Numbered from the whole stretch's first letter, positions 11,052 to 24,901 are shown. The stretch is DNA of 61,838 bases, filler included, from Choristocarpus tenellus KU-1152 (GCA_964200185.2; 8 parts of 8 records of this genome joined end to end with filler, not necessarily neighbours in it); one strand, 5' to 3'. Made by a program: numbers and translations. Notes: a model not told the origin generated them from the letters alone.

Positions 11052-12999
11052 ATGGGACCATTGCTTAGAAGACATGATCACTCGGATAGGTTGGAAGAGT
11101 ACCCTGGGAGCCTGAGCGATGAACTTCTGCAAGAGAGATGGCGCCCAAAGCGCCAACTTCGATCGGATAAAATACACCGAAAAATAAGTCCCTTTGACAC
11201 TTTCGGCTCGATGACACGCTCCCAAGCTGACGTGAGGGAGGATTCTATGGTCGCGAGTGAAGTTAAGCAGTGCAACTTGGCAGGAAGAGGGATAGTTGTT
11301 GAGGACCTGGAGAACGCGCTACGCCTCTGGTCGAGCCCGACTGTCCTAATAGCTGCACGCAACCTCCTTGAGCGACTGCCGTCCAACGCCCCGAGCACAA
11401 TCCTATGCCTGGATCTCTCCCGTAACAGGTCAGATATGTAACGCACGCATTTTTTATCATGACGCCAACGAGCGAAAGTATCTTAGAGGGTATGAATTTT
11501 GCCCTGTTTGTCCATTTGGGGCTTGGCTTCCCACCGTTTATTTAATGGCATTTTCCTACTCCAAAATGTTTCGAAGTAGGTTAAATGCTTATGTTATGAA
11601 AATGTGTGTTCGGAACAAGGATAATGGCACTTCCTAACAAAATAATAGCCAAAATTTCATCAAAATCGCCACATTGGACTTTGGCCCCCAGATGGACACG
11701 GCTCTACCCTCTAAGATACTTTGACTCCAACACTTTCTTTCCTCACAGCGAATTCAAATCGTCAGGAACAACCCAATTATCCCTCATATAAGCGTTTTTA
11801 CAAGCGATCAAGAAGGATGGTTTTTCCCTGGGTAAGTTTCGAAATGCCAATTACGAGTCAAATTTGATCCAAGACAAAGGGTCTCACCCATCACATGTTC
11901 AGCTCGTACTCCAAAGTATGTCATGGTACAATTGTGCAGTAGGCAAGTGCTTAGGGGCCTGCATCATGTTCTTTTATCAGGTTCAGCACTGTGCTGCTTG
12001 GAGGCCATGATTTTGTGTTTTTTCCAGACAGTTGTATGCGTGCTAATGCCCTGACTTAATTCATGATTGCCCTACCACTATTATTGCTGTTGATGATACC
12101 AGGTTGCCACAACTCCAAGGGTTTGAAGCACTTCCTCACTTAAGAGAACTCGATGTGAGCCACAATAACCTTACCAGCACATGTGGCCTAGCCACCAACA
12201 CGGAGTTGAGTGTGTTAAAGATGTCTCACAACCGTGCCCGCTGTGTGGAGGCACTTGAACAGCTCAAGAAACTCAAGGAGGTAAGAGTAGCAATTGAACA
12301 GTATCAGATAATGAGGCTCAAATTAGGCAGGTGGAATCACTACTACTATAAATAATGTTTCTAGACAGTACAAGACAAAGAATTCACCACTACACTACTT
12401 CAGTCCTTCGCACCCCCATTGATCTCTCTTCTACTGCATTGGACCAATTTAACAACCTTGACATCATCTGCACAAGCTATCTCACGCTCTATGCCCCCCT
12501 TGAAAGCACATGCAACCCTCCTCCACGTACCAATGCTTAGTTTACCTACAAAATCTTGATTTGACAGGCAGACCTGTCCCACAATCTTTTCCGATTTTCT
12601 ATGGACGTGAGGTCACTGTCTCTCAATGCTGCCCTTCGATCCCTACGTATGGATGGAAACCCACTCTGCTCTGCTGGTGGCACCCGAGACAGCTACCGTT
12701 TGCTCCTTCAACACCTGTTGCCAGCTATCACTCAACTTGATGGTCAACCCAGTCGACCTGTCTGTGGGATTGTCAACCCCAAGTCGAAGGTATCAGGTGC
12801 AGATAAAGACAGCAGGCAACGGAGCAGCTGGCTACCATCTTCCGCTTATGAGCCAAAGTCTGAAGGGTGCACAACCGTGCAACGGGGATCATACACTGCC
12901 CTGTACAAGGCCCGCTCAGGGCGGCAGGAGACACTGTCACAGGAGACAGGGCCACTGGATTCAGGGGCTGCACCACAACAGGCTGTGAGACGAGCCAAG
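11052..12999 (+). CDS. SDS22-like leucine-rich repeat protein with LRRcap, 3'-partial; exons 11052-11428, 12103-12280, 12568-12999
   Basis: In-phase GT-AG joins give LRRs ILCLDLSRNRL, LRELDVSHNNL, LSVLKMSHNRA, LKEADLSHNLF, LRSLRMDGNPLC and an LRRcap-like YRLLLQHLLPAITQLDG; donor aag|gtaaag just before the contig end. Confidence 0.85.
11470..11727 (+). mobile_element. MITE family A in intron 1 of the LRR gene
   Basis: TIRs GAGCGAAAGTATCTTAGAGGGTA / TACCCTCTAAGATACTTTGACTC; perfect 4-bp TSD CAAC/CAAC. Confidence 0.9.
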
Positions 13000-13021
13000 G
13001 TAAAGGGGGGAGAGGGGGTGA

Positions 13022-13121
13022 NNNNNNNNNNNNNNNNNNNNNNNNNNNNNNNNNNNNNNNNNNNNTTAATTAATTAANNNNNNNNNNNNNNNNNNNNNNN
13101 NNNNNNNNNNNNNNNNNNNNN
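13022..13121. other. Artificial contig spacer
   Basis: 44 N + TTAATTAATTAA (stops in all six frames) + 44 N. Confidence 0.97.
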
Positions 13122-13675
13122 AGGCATAATCATTTCCGACTCTTTTAACGGTTCAATCACTCTAATCACTCCACCAAATTCCCTCCGTCAAAATACCTCC
13201 AAAAAAAAAAAAAACTCCCTCTCCCTCCCCCTCCCCCTCCCAGTCCACCCCCCAAAAAGGAAGTTCACAGTGGTGTAGACTAAGCCACACTTTACCACAA
13301 AAAGAGGTACTTCTGAGTAAGAAAGGCAGTAATGATAACTTAGAGAAAGGGGTTCTCAATCACAGTCAGTGGTTCTTTATCACAGTCACTGCAACATTTT
13401 TCATTCTGTAAAAGCCCACTGACTACCATGTACTAGGTGACACAGAATGAAAACACAAGACATCAAGAGTAACACTACAGCCTCAGTTCCTTCAAGTACG
13501 GCTATACCTCCAATATCCACATTGCCTCTGTTTCAATAGACATAACCTCCACTACTACCTATACATACACCCATACTCTCTACATCATACCTTTCCAACT
13601 GACAAACTACTTTGACATATTATCAACATCAGGGGATAACAGGCTGAGAACATAAAACCATAAACAGTTTCTGCG

Positions 13676-13708
<33 letters not shown>

Positions 13709-14446
13709 AAAATGAAAAAAAAAAAACAAAAAAAAATAATAAAAAAAAAAAAAAAAAAAAAAAAGCCAAAATTCAGTGTGTTGTGATGAATACCCTAACC
13801 CTAATATTATTGTGGTAGTATGGGTACTATTAACAAATACCATATATACATTAGTAGTATGTAACAACCATGTGTAACGTAGTATGTATTAAAACCATTT
13901 ATCAATAGTATGTATGATAGGACTCAAAACAAGATCAGCAATGTAAGTATATTATATCACCACAGTATCTCTGCAACACCTGTTTCAACCTATCCAGTAT
14001 TTTCTGAAAATACCAATGGTACATTTGTGGGGAATTTATTTTTATTTGAATAACTGGCAGTTACAAACCATTGTGGCACAGACCTATACCTCTAGTGCTA
14101 TTTGGCATGCGTGCATTCAAGACAGATCAAACTTTTGTACCAACTAACAACCTCCAAAGGATTACAACACCAACCAGTGAATTCATATTTCAACACAACT
14201 AATGCAACAAACATACTCAGTTGAAAAGCTCTTAAAACACATCGACATGATCCATGATCCTACAACTAACACGTTCAAGTACAATAGGATGTAGAAATAC
14301 AATAAAAATAAAACAGCAAGGAAAATAAAAATACATACATGTAAACTGCCAATGGTAATACCAGAGGTATTACCATTACACTATGTACCTACAAGCGAAC
14401 AAAAAATAAACAAGACAAAAATAAGGTGTACCATGCCATGTCACAC

Positions 14447-14844
14447 CTCTTCTACTGGAAGAGACGGCAGCTTTCTTGTGGAGGCCTTTTGCCCATCACA
14501 AACTTCCCGGAACTCGTGCATGAACGACTTAGCCCAAAATGAAGCCGTGTGCTCCATCACATACCTACATCAATACATTAAATACATCAATACATACAAC
14601 AGAGACAAGCATAAAAGAGTCACATCCACAACACACACAACACACACAACACACACAACACACAAAACACACAAAACACACAAAACATGACAGCATTGCA
14701 GGGGGGGGAGGAGCACAGGTCAAGGCAGGACAAAGGACACGAGATTGTACTGGGGATACCACTATACCACTATACCACTATGTCTGATGCTGCAAACACA
14801 GTTCCATCACTAGAAATAGTCAAACCCAACATACGCCAACTGTT

Positions 14845-14891
<47 letters not shown>

Positions 14892-15115
14892 AATGATTTT
14901 TCATCCCTAACCCTTTCCTCACCGATACAGCTTGTGCTGTCGTAGCTCTCGTTCTACCCTACTAAGTGTAAGAGCCTGCAAAATAGCACTGGCCAGCTCC
15001 TCTGTGTTCCAAGGGTTGACACGTATAGCACCACTCAGCGATTGTGCACTGCCAGCAAACTCACTAAGAACCAGTACACCAGGACCATCGTCTCGCTCTA
15101 GAGGCTTCTCCCCCC
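14447..15115 (-). CDS. TPS: Trehalose-6-phosphate synthase (GT20), two internal exons: 14923-15115 and 14447-14564
   Basis: GVLVLSEFAGSAQSLSGAIRVNPWNTEELASAILQALTL..ERELRQHKLYR joined in phase (cg|gtgagg..gtag|g) to YVMEHTASFWAKSFMHEF; canonical C-terminal motifs of the TPS domain. Confidence 0.93.
14845..14887. repeat. (TG)n microsatellite in TPS intron
   Basis: Directly visible. Confidence 0.95.
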
Positions 15116-15269
15116 CTGACAAAGTGTGTGCACAGCAGTGATGGACATGGATGCAACACCCCAGAGTGTGAAGGGGGTACATAATGCATAGGATCAATCG
15201 GTGTGGCGAGGGATATGGACAGTATCAATGCTGTAACCATGGGAAAGTGGACCAGTGGGAGGGGGGTGG

Positions 15270-15430
15270 AATGGACTAGTAATGGACTAGTAATAGACTA
15301 GAAATGGACTAGTAATGGACTAGTAATGGGCTAGTAATGGACTAGTTATGGACTAGTTATGGACTAGTAATGGGCTAGTAATGGGCTAGTAATGGGCTAG
15401 TAATGGACTAGGAATGGACTAGTAATGGAT
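15270..15430. repeat. 11-bp minisatellite (AATGGACTAGT)n, about 14 copies
   Basis: Directly visible tandem array with GGA/GGG variants. Confidence 0.92.
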
Positions 15431-16721
15431 AGGATACTTGAACTCGAGGTATGCTGTACTGTACTAGTATGCAACTCAAGGTATGATATTATTATTATTA
15501 CTGAAAAATGTTATATATATATATATATGACTTGAACCTCAACATACCCATCATCACCATAACCTTTAGATCACTGATTCATTTTTCCTTACAATGCCAC
15601 ATAAATCTTGTCATATCCCAATTTAACTAAGCAGTAGGCATCATTTTTTCTAGTATTATTTTTTACCTACTGGACAGTAAAGTGTAAATAAAAGGCGTGT
15701 ATATTTGAAAAAATAACACCTCACTCTATAAGTACACTATCACACCAATACACACTTTGATCTCTTCCACTCATACATACATACACTCCTTATTCTACAA
15801 CAGGCAACATCAATGCACCAATAATAATAATAATAATAATAATAATAATTACTGTCACATATTAGTAGTACATCATTAATGTCTTGAATTAATAGTACAT
15901 AATTACTGTCATTAAATAAGAGACAAGGGAGCATACTACCAGGTATTGAGCTAACACTGTTGCAAAAAAGTGTTAATATTTTAATATCCATGTCACTAGT
16001 GTTATATTTTAATATACATATTACTAGTGTTATATTATAATATACATATTACTAGTGTTATGACTATTCACCATCAATAGCAAGCAACTCTAAGCTTTAT
16101 AGTAAGAATAATAATAATAATTAATAATGAAATGTACTCCCTAGTATCTATAAGAACTAACCACTTGAGAAAACTGACTTTCAAAGTACAGCCAACACCA
16201 AACCACTGACAGAACCAATAAAAAATAGTAGATATGTTACCCCAACCCTAACCCTCAAAAGAAAAAGTAAAATTAAATTAAATAATTAAACCCTGGTACA
16301 GGCTTGTCTCTCATCAGCAACATACAAATCAAATGAATACTGCACTTATAGTGGCACTTATAGTGGCCACATTGAATGCTGCACTTATAGTGACACTTAT
16401 AGTGACCACATTCAACCTACAACATGAGGTGTCCACAACTATCCAAGCCTTGTCACATTATTTTAAGTGTTGTGGCCTACGGCCTAACAAAAAAAATATC
16501 TAAAAAGAACCCTGTCTTGTACTAATGTAATAACAAAAATATTTGTACTATCAGTACCATGATTTCAAATGCTACTTAGGACCTTTTAAAACAGAAAAAG
16601 CAATTTCACCAATCTTACATTATTTTATTCTTTATAAAAATAAATAATAATTAGTGTACGAAATCAAAAGGGTACAATGGAATAGATCTTCTCACAAAGG
16701 GTGCAATGGTCAGGGACGGCG

Positions 16722-16870
16722 ACGTAATACAATCAACAATGAAATATATATATATATATACTTTTACCGTAATACAATCAACAATGAAATATATATATAT
16801 ATATATACTTTTACCGTAATACAATCAACAATGAAATATATATATATATATACTTTTACCGTAATACAAT
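16722..16870. repeat. ~45-bp tandem repeat with internal (AT)n, 3+ copies at contig end
   Basis: CGTAATACAATCAACAATGAAA(TA)nCTTTTAC repeated. Confidence 0.9.
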
Positions 16871-16874
16871 AGAT

Positions 16875-16974
16875 NNNNNNNNNNNNNNNNNNNNNNNNNN
16901 NNNNNNNNNNNNNNNNNNTTAATTAATTAANNNNNNNNNNNNNNNNNNNNNNNNNNNNNNNNNNNNNNNNNNNN
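16875..16974. other. Artificial contig spacer
   Basis: N44-TTAATTAATTAA-N44. Confidence 0.97.
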
Positions 16975-19122
16975 TCCGGATTATCATGGTGTATTGTTTG
17001 CCACCGATTGAAAGGGTAGCCCTCTTCCCACTTAAGTCGCAAAAAATCCGATCCAGCTTTCTTACCGCCCTTGTAGACATGCTGGACCGAACACCCTTCC
17101 GTATGTCCTTGGACATAGAGCAGCCCGCAGATGGCTCCAGCTCACCCACCAATGTAATACCCATTGAAGTGGTGGTGGACTTGAGCAATGCCTCGTGTGC
17201 GTGGCCATAAGAGCGGTGGAAGAGGTTAATGTCGACGTTGGTGTGGGGAGCGTGGGGTGCAAGCGAGGGGGCTATAGTGGTCTTTATAGCAACTTCAGCA
17301 TGTCGATCTAGTCTCGGCAATATGCATTGACCATGGAGGGTGTAGTGGCAACCAGGATCTGTTGTGAAGTTAAGTATTCCATCTAACAACGAGAATGTAC
17401 TGGCTGTGAAAATGCCTTTCGCACCCTTGTCAGCTGCTGCTTGGCAAGAGAAAAGGTTGAATCCAAGATCAGGGACATGAGCGACATTTTGAAGGAGAAT
17501 TTCTACCTCCTTGTTGTCATGTGATGGAAACAAGATGATTAGATCACCATGACCAGCGATGCAAAAGGAATTTTGGCTGGCAGTGACTACCCTTTCTTTT
17601 CCAACGCAAGGCTTGTAATTTGTCATGTGAGTTATCATATTAGTTACGTGACATCAAGTCGCACGGTCCAAAATCCATTCTTCTCTCTCACGGCTAACCC
17701 AACACTTGACACCAAACATTCGTTTGTCCCACACTTGCCTGGGGCATTGCTGCTCGGAGAGGCCTCAGTGGCGACCAGTAGTGCATATCGCTCGTCGTCG
17801 CCGCAGCTGGTGGTACTTTCCACAGTAATGTGGGAAGGATTCGCCTCAGTCTTGATCTCTTCTTTCCCAGACTGCACCGTAATCAAGAACACCGAAGTGC
17901 ATGTTGTTGCATCATGGGCACGTCCACCACATTTGGTGCAAATGCGATTTGGGCAAGCTGTCTTCTCATGTCCATGCTTACCGCATCTCTCACTAGGAAT
18001 CTTCTCGGAACGTTTTGGGTTGGAATTAGAACCATTTTTATTTCTTCCACCGTTAAATTTACGTTCGGCCCCGCGACTTTGGCCGTTGCGATGAGACTGA
18101 CTCTTCCCTTGCGATGAGCTGCTAACGACCAAAGTATGGCTGTTCTTGTGTCTTGAGTCCTTGTTCTGATGAAGGGAGGCATATCGCTCTCTAGCGGTTT
18201 TCTCTCCGTCTGCTCGACATGGTGTTCTCTGCGAGGCCATCATACGTATCTCGGTATCGTAATCTGATCCGAGAGCACTCAGGAACTGTAGGAGCAGCAG
18301 CTTGTCCGAGATGACCAGGTCCATTGATAGCATCCTCCCCCGTAGCTCTTCCAGGCGGTTTAAGGTGAGGATTGGATTCGCCCCCTTCTCCACCTTTGAA
18401 GTGAAAAACTCATGGAACAAATGTTGGCTATTACCCACTGTGTTAGGCATGAACCAATCATCTATTGCTCGGAAAAGCTCACTCGGGATTTGGTGCGTAT
18501 AGCACTGTGCCCTGGTGGTGGGTGCAACGAGAACAACAGTAAGTGCATGGCAGGCCTCTTCAGCCATCCAGATATCATTTGCACTGAAGCCGTCCGAGAG
18601 AAGTTCCTCGTTGGAGCGTTCTTGATTGACTGGTCTTTCACTTGTCAACGCATCCAAACAGTGAGTATACCTGCAATGCACGATGAAACTCCTCCGCCAG
18701 TCCCGGTAGTCCAAGTCGTCCAATAGTTTTGGTGGTTGGGTTCTCGATCTCTTTGTCATAGAGTGAACAATATGTGCGCCTGACCCCAAGCTCTCCGAAG
18801 AACTGGACCTCCGGCTTGCTCCACTTCTGATGCTCGCAGCATCCAAACTGTTTCCCCTCTCTGGGAAATTTTACCTCAACATGGGTTCCATAGGACCCAC
18901 TTCGACTGGTACGCCCCTTGCTGGAGACCGTGTGCTGGGCACAGCAGCCTGGACGACGGTATGATTTCCGTCGCCTACTCTTTCAGACTGAACCATAAGA
19001 TTGCCAACGTTTCTTGACAACTCCGCTATCATCGCCATAAGCTGTCTGAATTCTTGGACAGATGGGCCCTCGGAAAGAACAGGTTCCCGCAATTCTTGAA
19101 TCGCATCTCCTCGTGTAGACAT
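16975..19122 (-). mobile_element. Ty1/copia LTR retrotransposon, gag-protease-integrase start, inactivated
   Basis: Gag (one in-frame stop at 18871) with tandem knuckles SERCGKHGHEKTAC and CTKCGGRAHDATTC; frameshifted protease WILDRAT*CH; GAG-pre-integrase LFHRSYGH..AGCSMSK; integrase start LDRIFCDLSG..SIGGKQYTMII. Protease-integrase order indicates copia. Confidence 0.92.
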
Positions 19123-19424
19123 GANNNNNNNNNNGAAAACCTAAGGTGCAATATATTGTGTTAAAGTATAGCCAAAATCATCAAAGAGAATAAAGGCGAT
19201 AAACCCAGCGAGATTGTTTGGTGTCTGTAGAGTGAGTGATTAAAGTTAGGTGGGGCATGCAAGGCCCCATAATATGAAAAAATTTCCTTTTACATGAGAA
19301 AAATTCTCATTCAACTAATCACTAGTAAAAGGTTCTGATAACTGAACCACTAATTGATTGTTCTGTTACTCCATACATATCCTACCGTAACTGTCCGATA
19401 GAGTTGGAAGAGTCAAATCGAACA

Positions 19425-19544
19425 TCCGGAACAAGGATATTGACGCTTCCTAACAAACGCGATAGCCAAAATTACATCAAAATCGAAACATTGGATTTTG
19501 GCCCGCAAACGGACACGGCTCTACCCTCTAAGATACTTTCGCTC
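19425..19544 (+). mobile_element. MITE family A, 3' half
   Basis: Matches the right half of family A and ends TACCCTCTAAGATACTTTCGCTC. Confidence 0.8.
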
Positions 19545-19574
19545 TTTGGAGATCACTGACGCTACTGTGGCGTC

Positions 19575-20673
19575 GGAACTGTGTTGCAAGACCTGCAAGG
19601 AATGAAAATCTGAGGCTTTAAGCTATCAACGGGTGGCAGTAACCCCAAGCAGCCTGGCGAGGTAATACACACGGATTTGGCGGGACCCTTTCAACCCGAC
19701 ATAACTGGTCAAAAATATTTTCAGGTGTTTATTGATGAGAGCAGCCGAGACAAGAGGGTTTATGGATTGAAAAAAAAAACGCCGCGACGGATGCAACCGC
19801 TGCCTATATTGACCAGATGGCCAGGGAAGGTATACAAGCCCAATGCATCAGTGGGGATGGTGCTGGTGAGTTTGGAGATCAGTGAAGTTCCAAAGGATGC
19901 TGGCGAACAATGGTACCTGATGGAGGAAATCTCCGCTGAAAACACCACGGAGCAACGGAATCGTGGAAAGGGCGATAAAGCAACTCGTGGGGGCAGTGAG
20001 GAGTCAACTGGCAAAGGCTGGGCTGGGTAACGAGTACTGGTTCTCTGCCATCACGGACTTCACCTTCAAAACTGGAGAGGCATGCCACATGAATACCTCG
20101 GAGGAGAGACGCCGTGCGAGCGTTTAACAGGTGAATCCTTCAATTACGATAGGCTTCAAGCCTGTGGGAGTGAGTGCTACGTCAAACAAGAGAAACAGCA
20201 GAAGGGGGCTGGTTCAAATTTTGATCCATACACTACGCGAGGGATCATCATAGGACATGATTGTACATCGCTGTGTTGGTACATCAAAATAAGCAGGTAC
20301 AAGACTTCGTAGACACTGTGTTGACTAGATGAATGACGTGTGTTAGAGTTGAAGCAATCAGTGTTCTTGTACTGCATTCACAGGATAAATGTGATGTATG
20401 TGAGAGTTTAACCAATCTGTCTTCTTTTACTTCCACTCTCATGGGGAGTGTGTAGAATAAGATATTTTAGGTTTGAAAGTTCCAGCAACCTCTCATTGCC
20501 TGCACTCTCATAGGGGACTGTGCAAGACCCAACAGTTGTGAGGTGTACCTTATTTTGTGTATGATAGATTATCATTTTGATCTAGTCCATATGATGTAAC
20601 TAATGAGATAGGACATCCAGATTATGAATGGGATTATGTATTGGTTTTTATTCAGCATTCAACTACTTTAACA
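19575..20673 (+). mobile_element. Second, internally deleted Ty1/copia element: integrase core, then PPT and probable 3' LTR (~20451-20673)
   Basis: Frameshifted rve motifs PGEVIHTDLAGP, YFQVFIDE, SGDGAGEF, TPRSNGIVERAIK, TPCERLTG..GSECYV; GGGGAG followed by TGTAG...TAACA; RT/RNase H absent. Confidence 0.8.
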
Positions 20674-21569
20674 TAAAGGTTGACTTATGTACGAAGCACA
20701 AAATAATAACAAAACAAGCAATAAGAAGAAACCCCACCAAGGTCACTCTTCTAAATTCAACCATGTAATGAAGTTCAGCAATGGGGACCCGTGCAAGGCT
20801 CCACACCTTCTTGTCTTCCCTACTGATAAATAGCATTACCTCCTAAGGTAAATTGCACACTTGATCTCAAACGACTTTGTTGCTTGTGGAGTTTCGGTGG
20901 GCTCACACCATATTGTTCGGCCGATCTTGGTCGACTGAGCGTCGATGAAGGCTTTGAGGGCCCTTATGGGTGCCCATAGCATCCTGCATCCCGAGGGGGC
21001 GGCGAAAGAAAAGTGAAAAGCTTGGTAGTGAGAGCATTACTCCACAATCCAGTATCTTCTTCAGATTCAAGCATCTTCAATAGTCCATCGGCTGACATTT
21101 GAAGTGTAGAGACGACTTCTTCGGCATGACGAATTTCTACAAGCGTTCTAGATTAGGATCAAGTCAAGGCTTGTTCATGTGAGTCGTGCGCCATCATAAT
21201 GATGTTTCGACTATATCGGTACCTGGAAACACTGGGGAGACAAGTAGGTTAATGATGGCGAGAACCGAGGTCACAGTCGAGAATCACCTGACATTATGAA
21301 GAGTTTATGTTGGTGAGGAAGACAGACTCCTGCCCAGCACTATAATGTAGCGACAATTATCCGAGGGTTATTGATTGTGGTGAAGGTGAGATGTGGTAGA
21401 CATGCCAGTTGAACGGATTGATGGAAAGGCGTTTTGTCGAAATCGTCCTTGTTGAAGTTCATGTAACTAGTATTGTTGTTTGTACTATATTATCAATACA
21501 CAACCTGATTCCATATCCTAACCCTCGAAAACCGTAAATTTTAATCCTGCTAGCATTGTTATTACGGTA

Positions 21570-21680
21570 TTGTTGATGTTGATGTTGATGTTAATGTTAA
21601 TGTTGATGTTAATGTTAATGTTGATGTTGATGTTGATGTTGATGTTGATGTTTATGTTTATGTTGATGTTGATGTTGATA
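21570..21680. repeat. (GATGTT)n hexanucleotide microsatellite
   Basis: Directly visible. Confidence 0.93.
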
Positions 21681-22789
21681 ATGATATTATCTACTACTAT
21701 ATGACAGATCAATATAAAAATGGTGTGGACCATTGACTTCAAGTTGTGTCACTCCTTGACTATCCATAAGATGTAACTCTGGAAGTTATGGGAGTAAAAA
21801 ATAATTATATACGACACTCTACAAACATCACGTATTACATACAATCAATATGTGGGTATTTGGTCCTGTGTGGTTGTGATCTTTTTGCTGCTCTTTCAAT
21901 TATCTCCATTTCATTCATCCAAGTTATTCATCTTGGGTTCTGTATCTCCACTTCCTATTGCTATTCACAACCCTCAACCCATCACCTGCCATGACATACT
22001 ACATATATGTGTGTGCACGTGTCTGGTTAGAAACAGCATCCCTAGGTGGCAACAGAAGTCACACACCCTGGCCATTCAAACCCTATCCCTAAACCCATTA
22101 TAGCAGTAGAAATTGGGTAAGAAGAAGAAAACATCCAGAAAATAGCATGTTCTATTGTTTGTGGCGTTACTGTGTTTGTTTTGTATGTAATACAGTAATC
22201 TTTTTACTTACCACTTTCGGAAGTATATTTATTCTTTACTACCTGAGGGTGTGGTCGAAAGGTACTCAAGAGAAGGCAATATCATACACTCTGCTCGATT
22301 GAGAGATACATAAAGGTACTAGTTTCAGAACAAATGATTAATTCTTCGCGGATTGTGTCTATCTGCCTCGAACGCTATCTGACTAGGTGCTCTAAACACT
22401 TTCATTTCAGCGAGAGCAACAGATTGTCACGCTTGCTAACCAAAATCAAAATCCATGTTCTTAGGGTGACCGTGACGATGTGTACATTCTCTAGGAGGAG
22501 TTGCCTAAGTGATGGAGGGGTGAAGTCGTTAATTGTTGACAGAGGTGATGTCAACACGTTGTATCAATTGCTTACAATAGCAAGTTGTGTTGGCCAATCA
22601 GATTGTATCAACTGCCATGGTATGGAAGGCCTCTGCACTTTGACCCCCTTGACGGATTATTGGCATTGAAATGTCCCATGGGGCCTACTCCTAACAAGGA
22701 GGCCATGGTGACCACCCTCCACTCTGATGAATGGTGGTGGCGGTAGTTGCTTGGGCTGGTTTAGGTGGTGCTTTAGCATGACGTACATG

Positions 22790-23350
22790 TACATACAAGC
22801 CATCAAAGCTTCCTTGTAATGCCACTCTGCCGTGGTGAAGTTCGTCTGTTCCATCAACCACACACCGGTACCACCTGCTGTACTACTGTGTCGGTTGTTT
22901 GTCCTCCCTCCTAGTGGTTCATCCCATCAACACCTGCGATCCCAAACTTATCAAGGTGGTCTCCCAGGCACATCCACCAGTTCTTTCCCACCTTTCCACC
23001 TTATTGCTTCCATTTCCATCTCCAACCTCCCCAAACATCCATGCCTTTGGTCGTAGCTCATGCACCATTCATGCAACGTACTCCCAACCTGCAAATAGTA
23101 ATAGGTAGAATTCTTCTAATGTTTTCGAACAGTTGCCATGATACTCTCACACCCAGTCTTTTTCACACAAAATACAAGGGTATCATATAGATTTTTGGTG
23201 GGACGGGACAGTGTGTGTTCAATGCATTCTTCCCATTCGCAAAATCCTGTGCAGCAGAGTATTTTAGGAGACCTTAGTACTGATTGGAGCAGAGCTTCAC
23301 ATAGTGGACCTGGGAGGAGGAGAATATACATCTCATCATCATTACCACAC
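22790..23350 (-). mobile_element. RTE-clade LINE, decayed 3' end of ORF
   Basis: Across frames: EHTLS..KTGCESIMATVRK..RPKAWMFGE..KNWWMCLGDHLDKFGI..RWYRCVVDG..WH, collinear with RTE C-terminal motifs as recalled (ESIExTVRKRR, RLPKRVMFGEL, EKxWxxCL..DL..FG). Confidence 0.7.
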
Positions 23351-23519
23351 ACACACGTATTCCCAGTGACTTTTCTTCACCGTATTTGTTTGAGAGGTTC
23401 CAGGTCAGGCTGCAGTTCCAACCCATGCAGGTCCAGTCACTGGATAAGTCCTACAAGTAGAACGATAAGTTTGTTTACCTGTTTACCTTGGGGGAACCAT
23501 CAGTGATGTTACCGCTACT

Positions 23520-23579
23520 GGCTCAAAGTATCTGGGAGGGGGTGGCGGCTGTCCATTTGGGGTCAATTTTTTCATATCG
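23520..23579 (+). mobile_element. MITE family C terminus at contig end
   Basis: GGCTCAAAGTATCTGGGAGGGGG..GTCCATTTGGGG matches the TIR of 55435-55610. Confidence 0.65.
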
Positions 23580-23679
23580 NNNNNNNNNNNNNNNNNNNNN
23601 NNNNNNNNNNNNNNNNNNNNNNNTTAATTAATTAANNNNNNNNNNNNNNNNNNNNNNNNNNNNNNNNNNNNNNNNNNNN
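23580..23679. other. Artificial contig spacer
   Basis: N44-TTAATTAATTAA-N44. Confidence 0.97.
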
Positions 23680-23742
23680 GGGGAACCAAGCCCCAAATGG
23701 ACAAACAGGGCAAAACTCGTACCCTCTAAGATACTTTCACTC
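23680..23742 (-). mobile_element. MITE family A terminus at contig start
   Basis: Reverse complement of the family A left end, ending ..TACCCTCTAAGATACTTTCACTC. Confidence 0.85.
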
Positions 23743-24644
23743 AACCAGGTGGAGTCCATAAATATTGAAAGATATAGTACCTTTGCCACAAAAATGTATT
23801 TGATGTGTAGAAGGCAAACTTTTCGATCATCCTCGTCACCATATTGCCACAATTGAGCACTACTTCCTAATGCTGCAAAGGTGGCAATGGGAATAGATAT
23901 AGATCACAAAATTTGCAGTGGTACAAACGAGCAACATTTATACAGAGACTTGGGATTCTCCTCTTGCTCCTCGCCGACCTTCACAGGGCTAAGTTGGAGT
24001 CATGCGTAGTAGTATGGATATTGGTTCATTGGGAATAGTCTTCTTGGGAACCTTGTGTATAGTTCAGTTCCAAATTATATGTCTTTTTGAAAGTGGCTGC
24101 TCTTGTATAATAGCTTCGGCATCATCAGCATATGTAAAAAGGACTGAACAAGGATATACCACCTCAATGGGACATCATAATGACTAAATAATTAAATAGT
24201 CAACAAGTACAAGTATATAAAATCTAGGACTTCAAGGTCATATTGGCGTTTATGTAACCGCCATCAAGAGATATCGCCTGTAACACATACGCAAATATTG
24301 ACCATACTGGTTTGGAAGTTGATACAATACTATGCGGAAAATGGGCACAATGGTTTATAAGTGAATACACGGAAATTGACCCCGTTGGTTGGTGTTTGTG
24401 TACACAGAAATTGGTCGAATTCGTTGGTGATTGGATAGGTGGAGATTGGTCGCATGGTTGGTATTGTAACAAGGGTAATGCAGTGACGGTGGTATGGTAT
24501 GGAGTGAGTAGTATGATATCAGTTCAGGGGGAGTGGAGTGGATGTAAGACTAAGAGGACGCATATAAAATAATCCAGAATTTGTGACCAAAGCAACGAGT
24601 TTGAAGGTGGAGACACGTGGCTTGTGGGCACTACGGGGTCTTAA

Positions 24645-24901
24645 GATTGAAAGTATCTTAGAGGGTATGAGTTTTTCCCTGTTTGTCCATTTGGGGTTTG
24701 GCTTCCCACGGATTTTTAATGACATTTTTCCTACTCCAAAATGGTTTGGTGCAGGTAAAATGTAAACGTTATGAAAAGGATTATCTGGAACAAGGATATT
24801 GACATCTCCTAATAAATATGATAGCCAAAATTACATCAAAATTGCGACATTGAATTTTGGCCCCAAAGGACGCGGCTCTACCCTCTAAGATACTTTCACT
24901 C
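24645..24901 (+). mobile_element. MITE family A
   Basis: Full-length copy with TIRs; flanks TTAA/TAAG. Confidence 0.88.

Noticed and set aside
13066-13077. TTAATTAATTAA as a biological motif, and ORFs ending in 'XXXLIN'
   Set aside because: Always centred in exactly 44+44 Ns; it is a scaffolding linker
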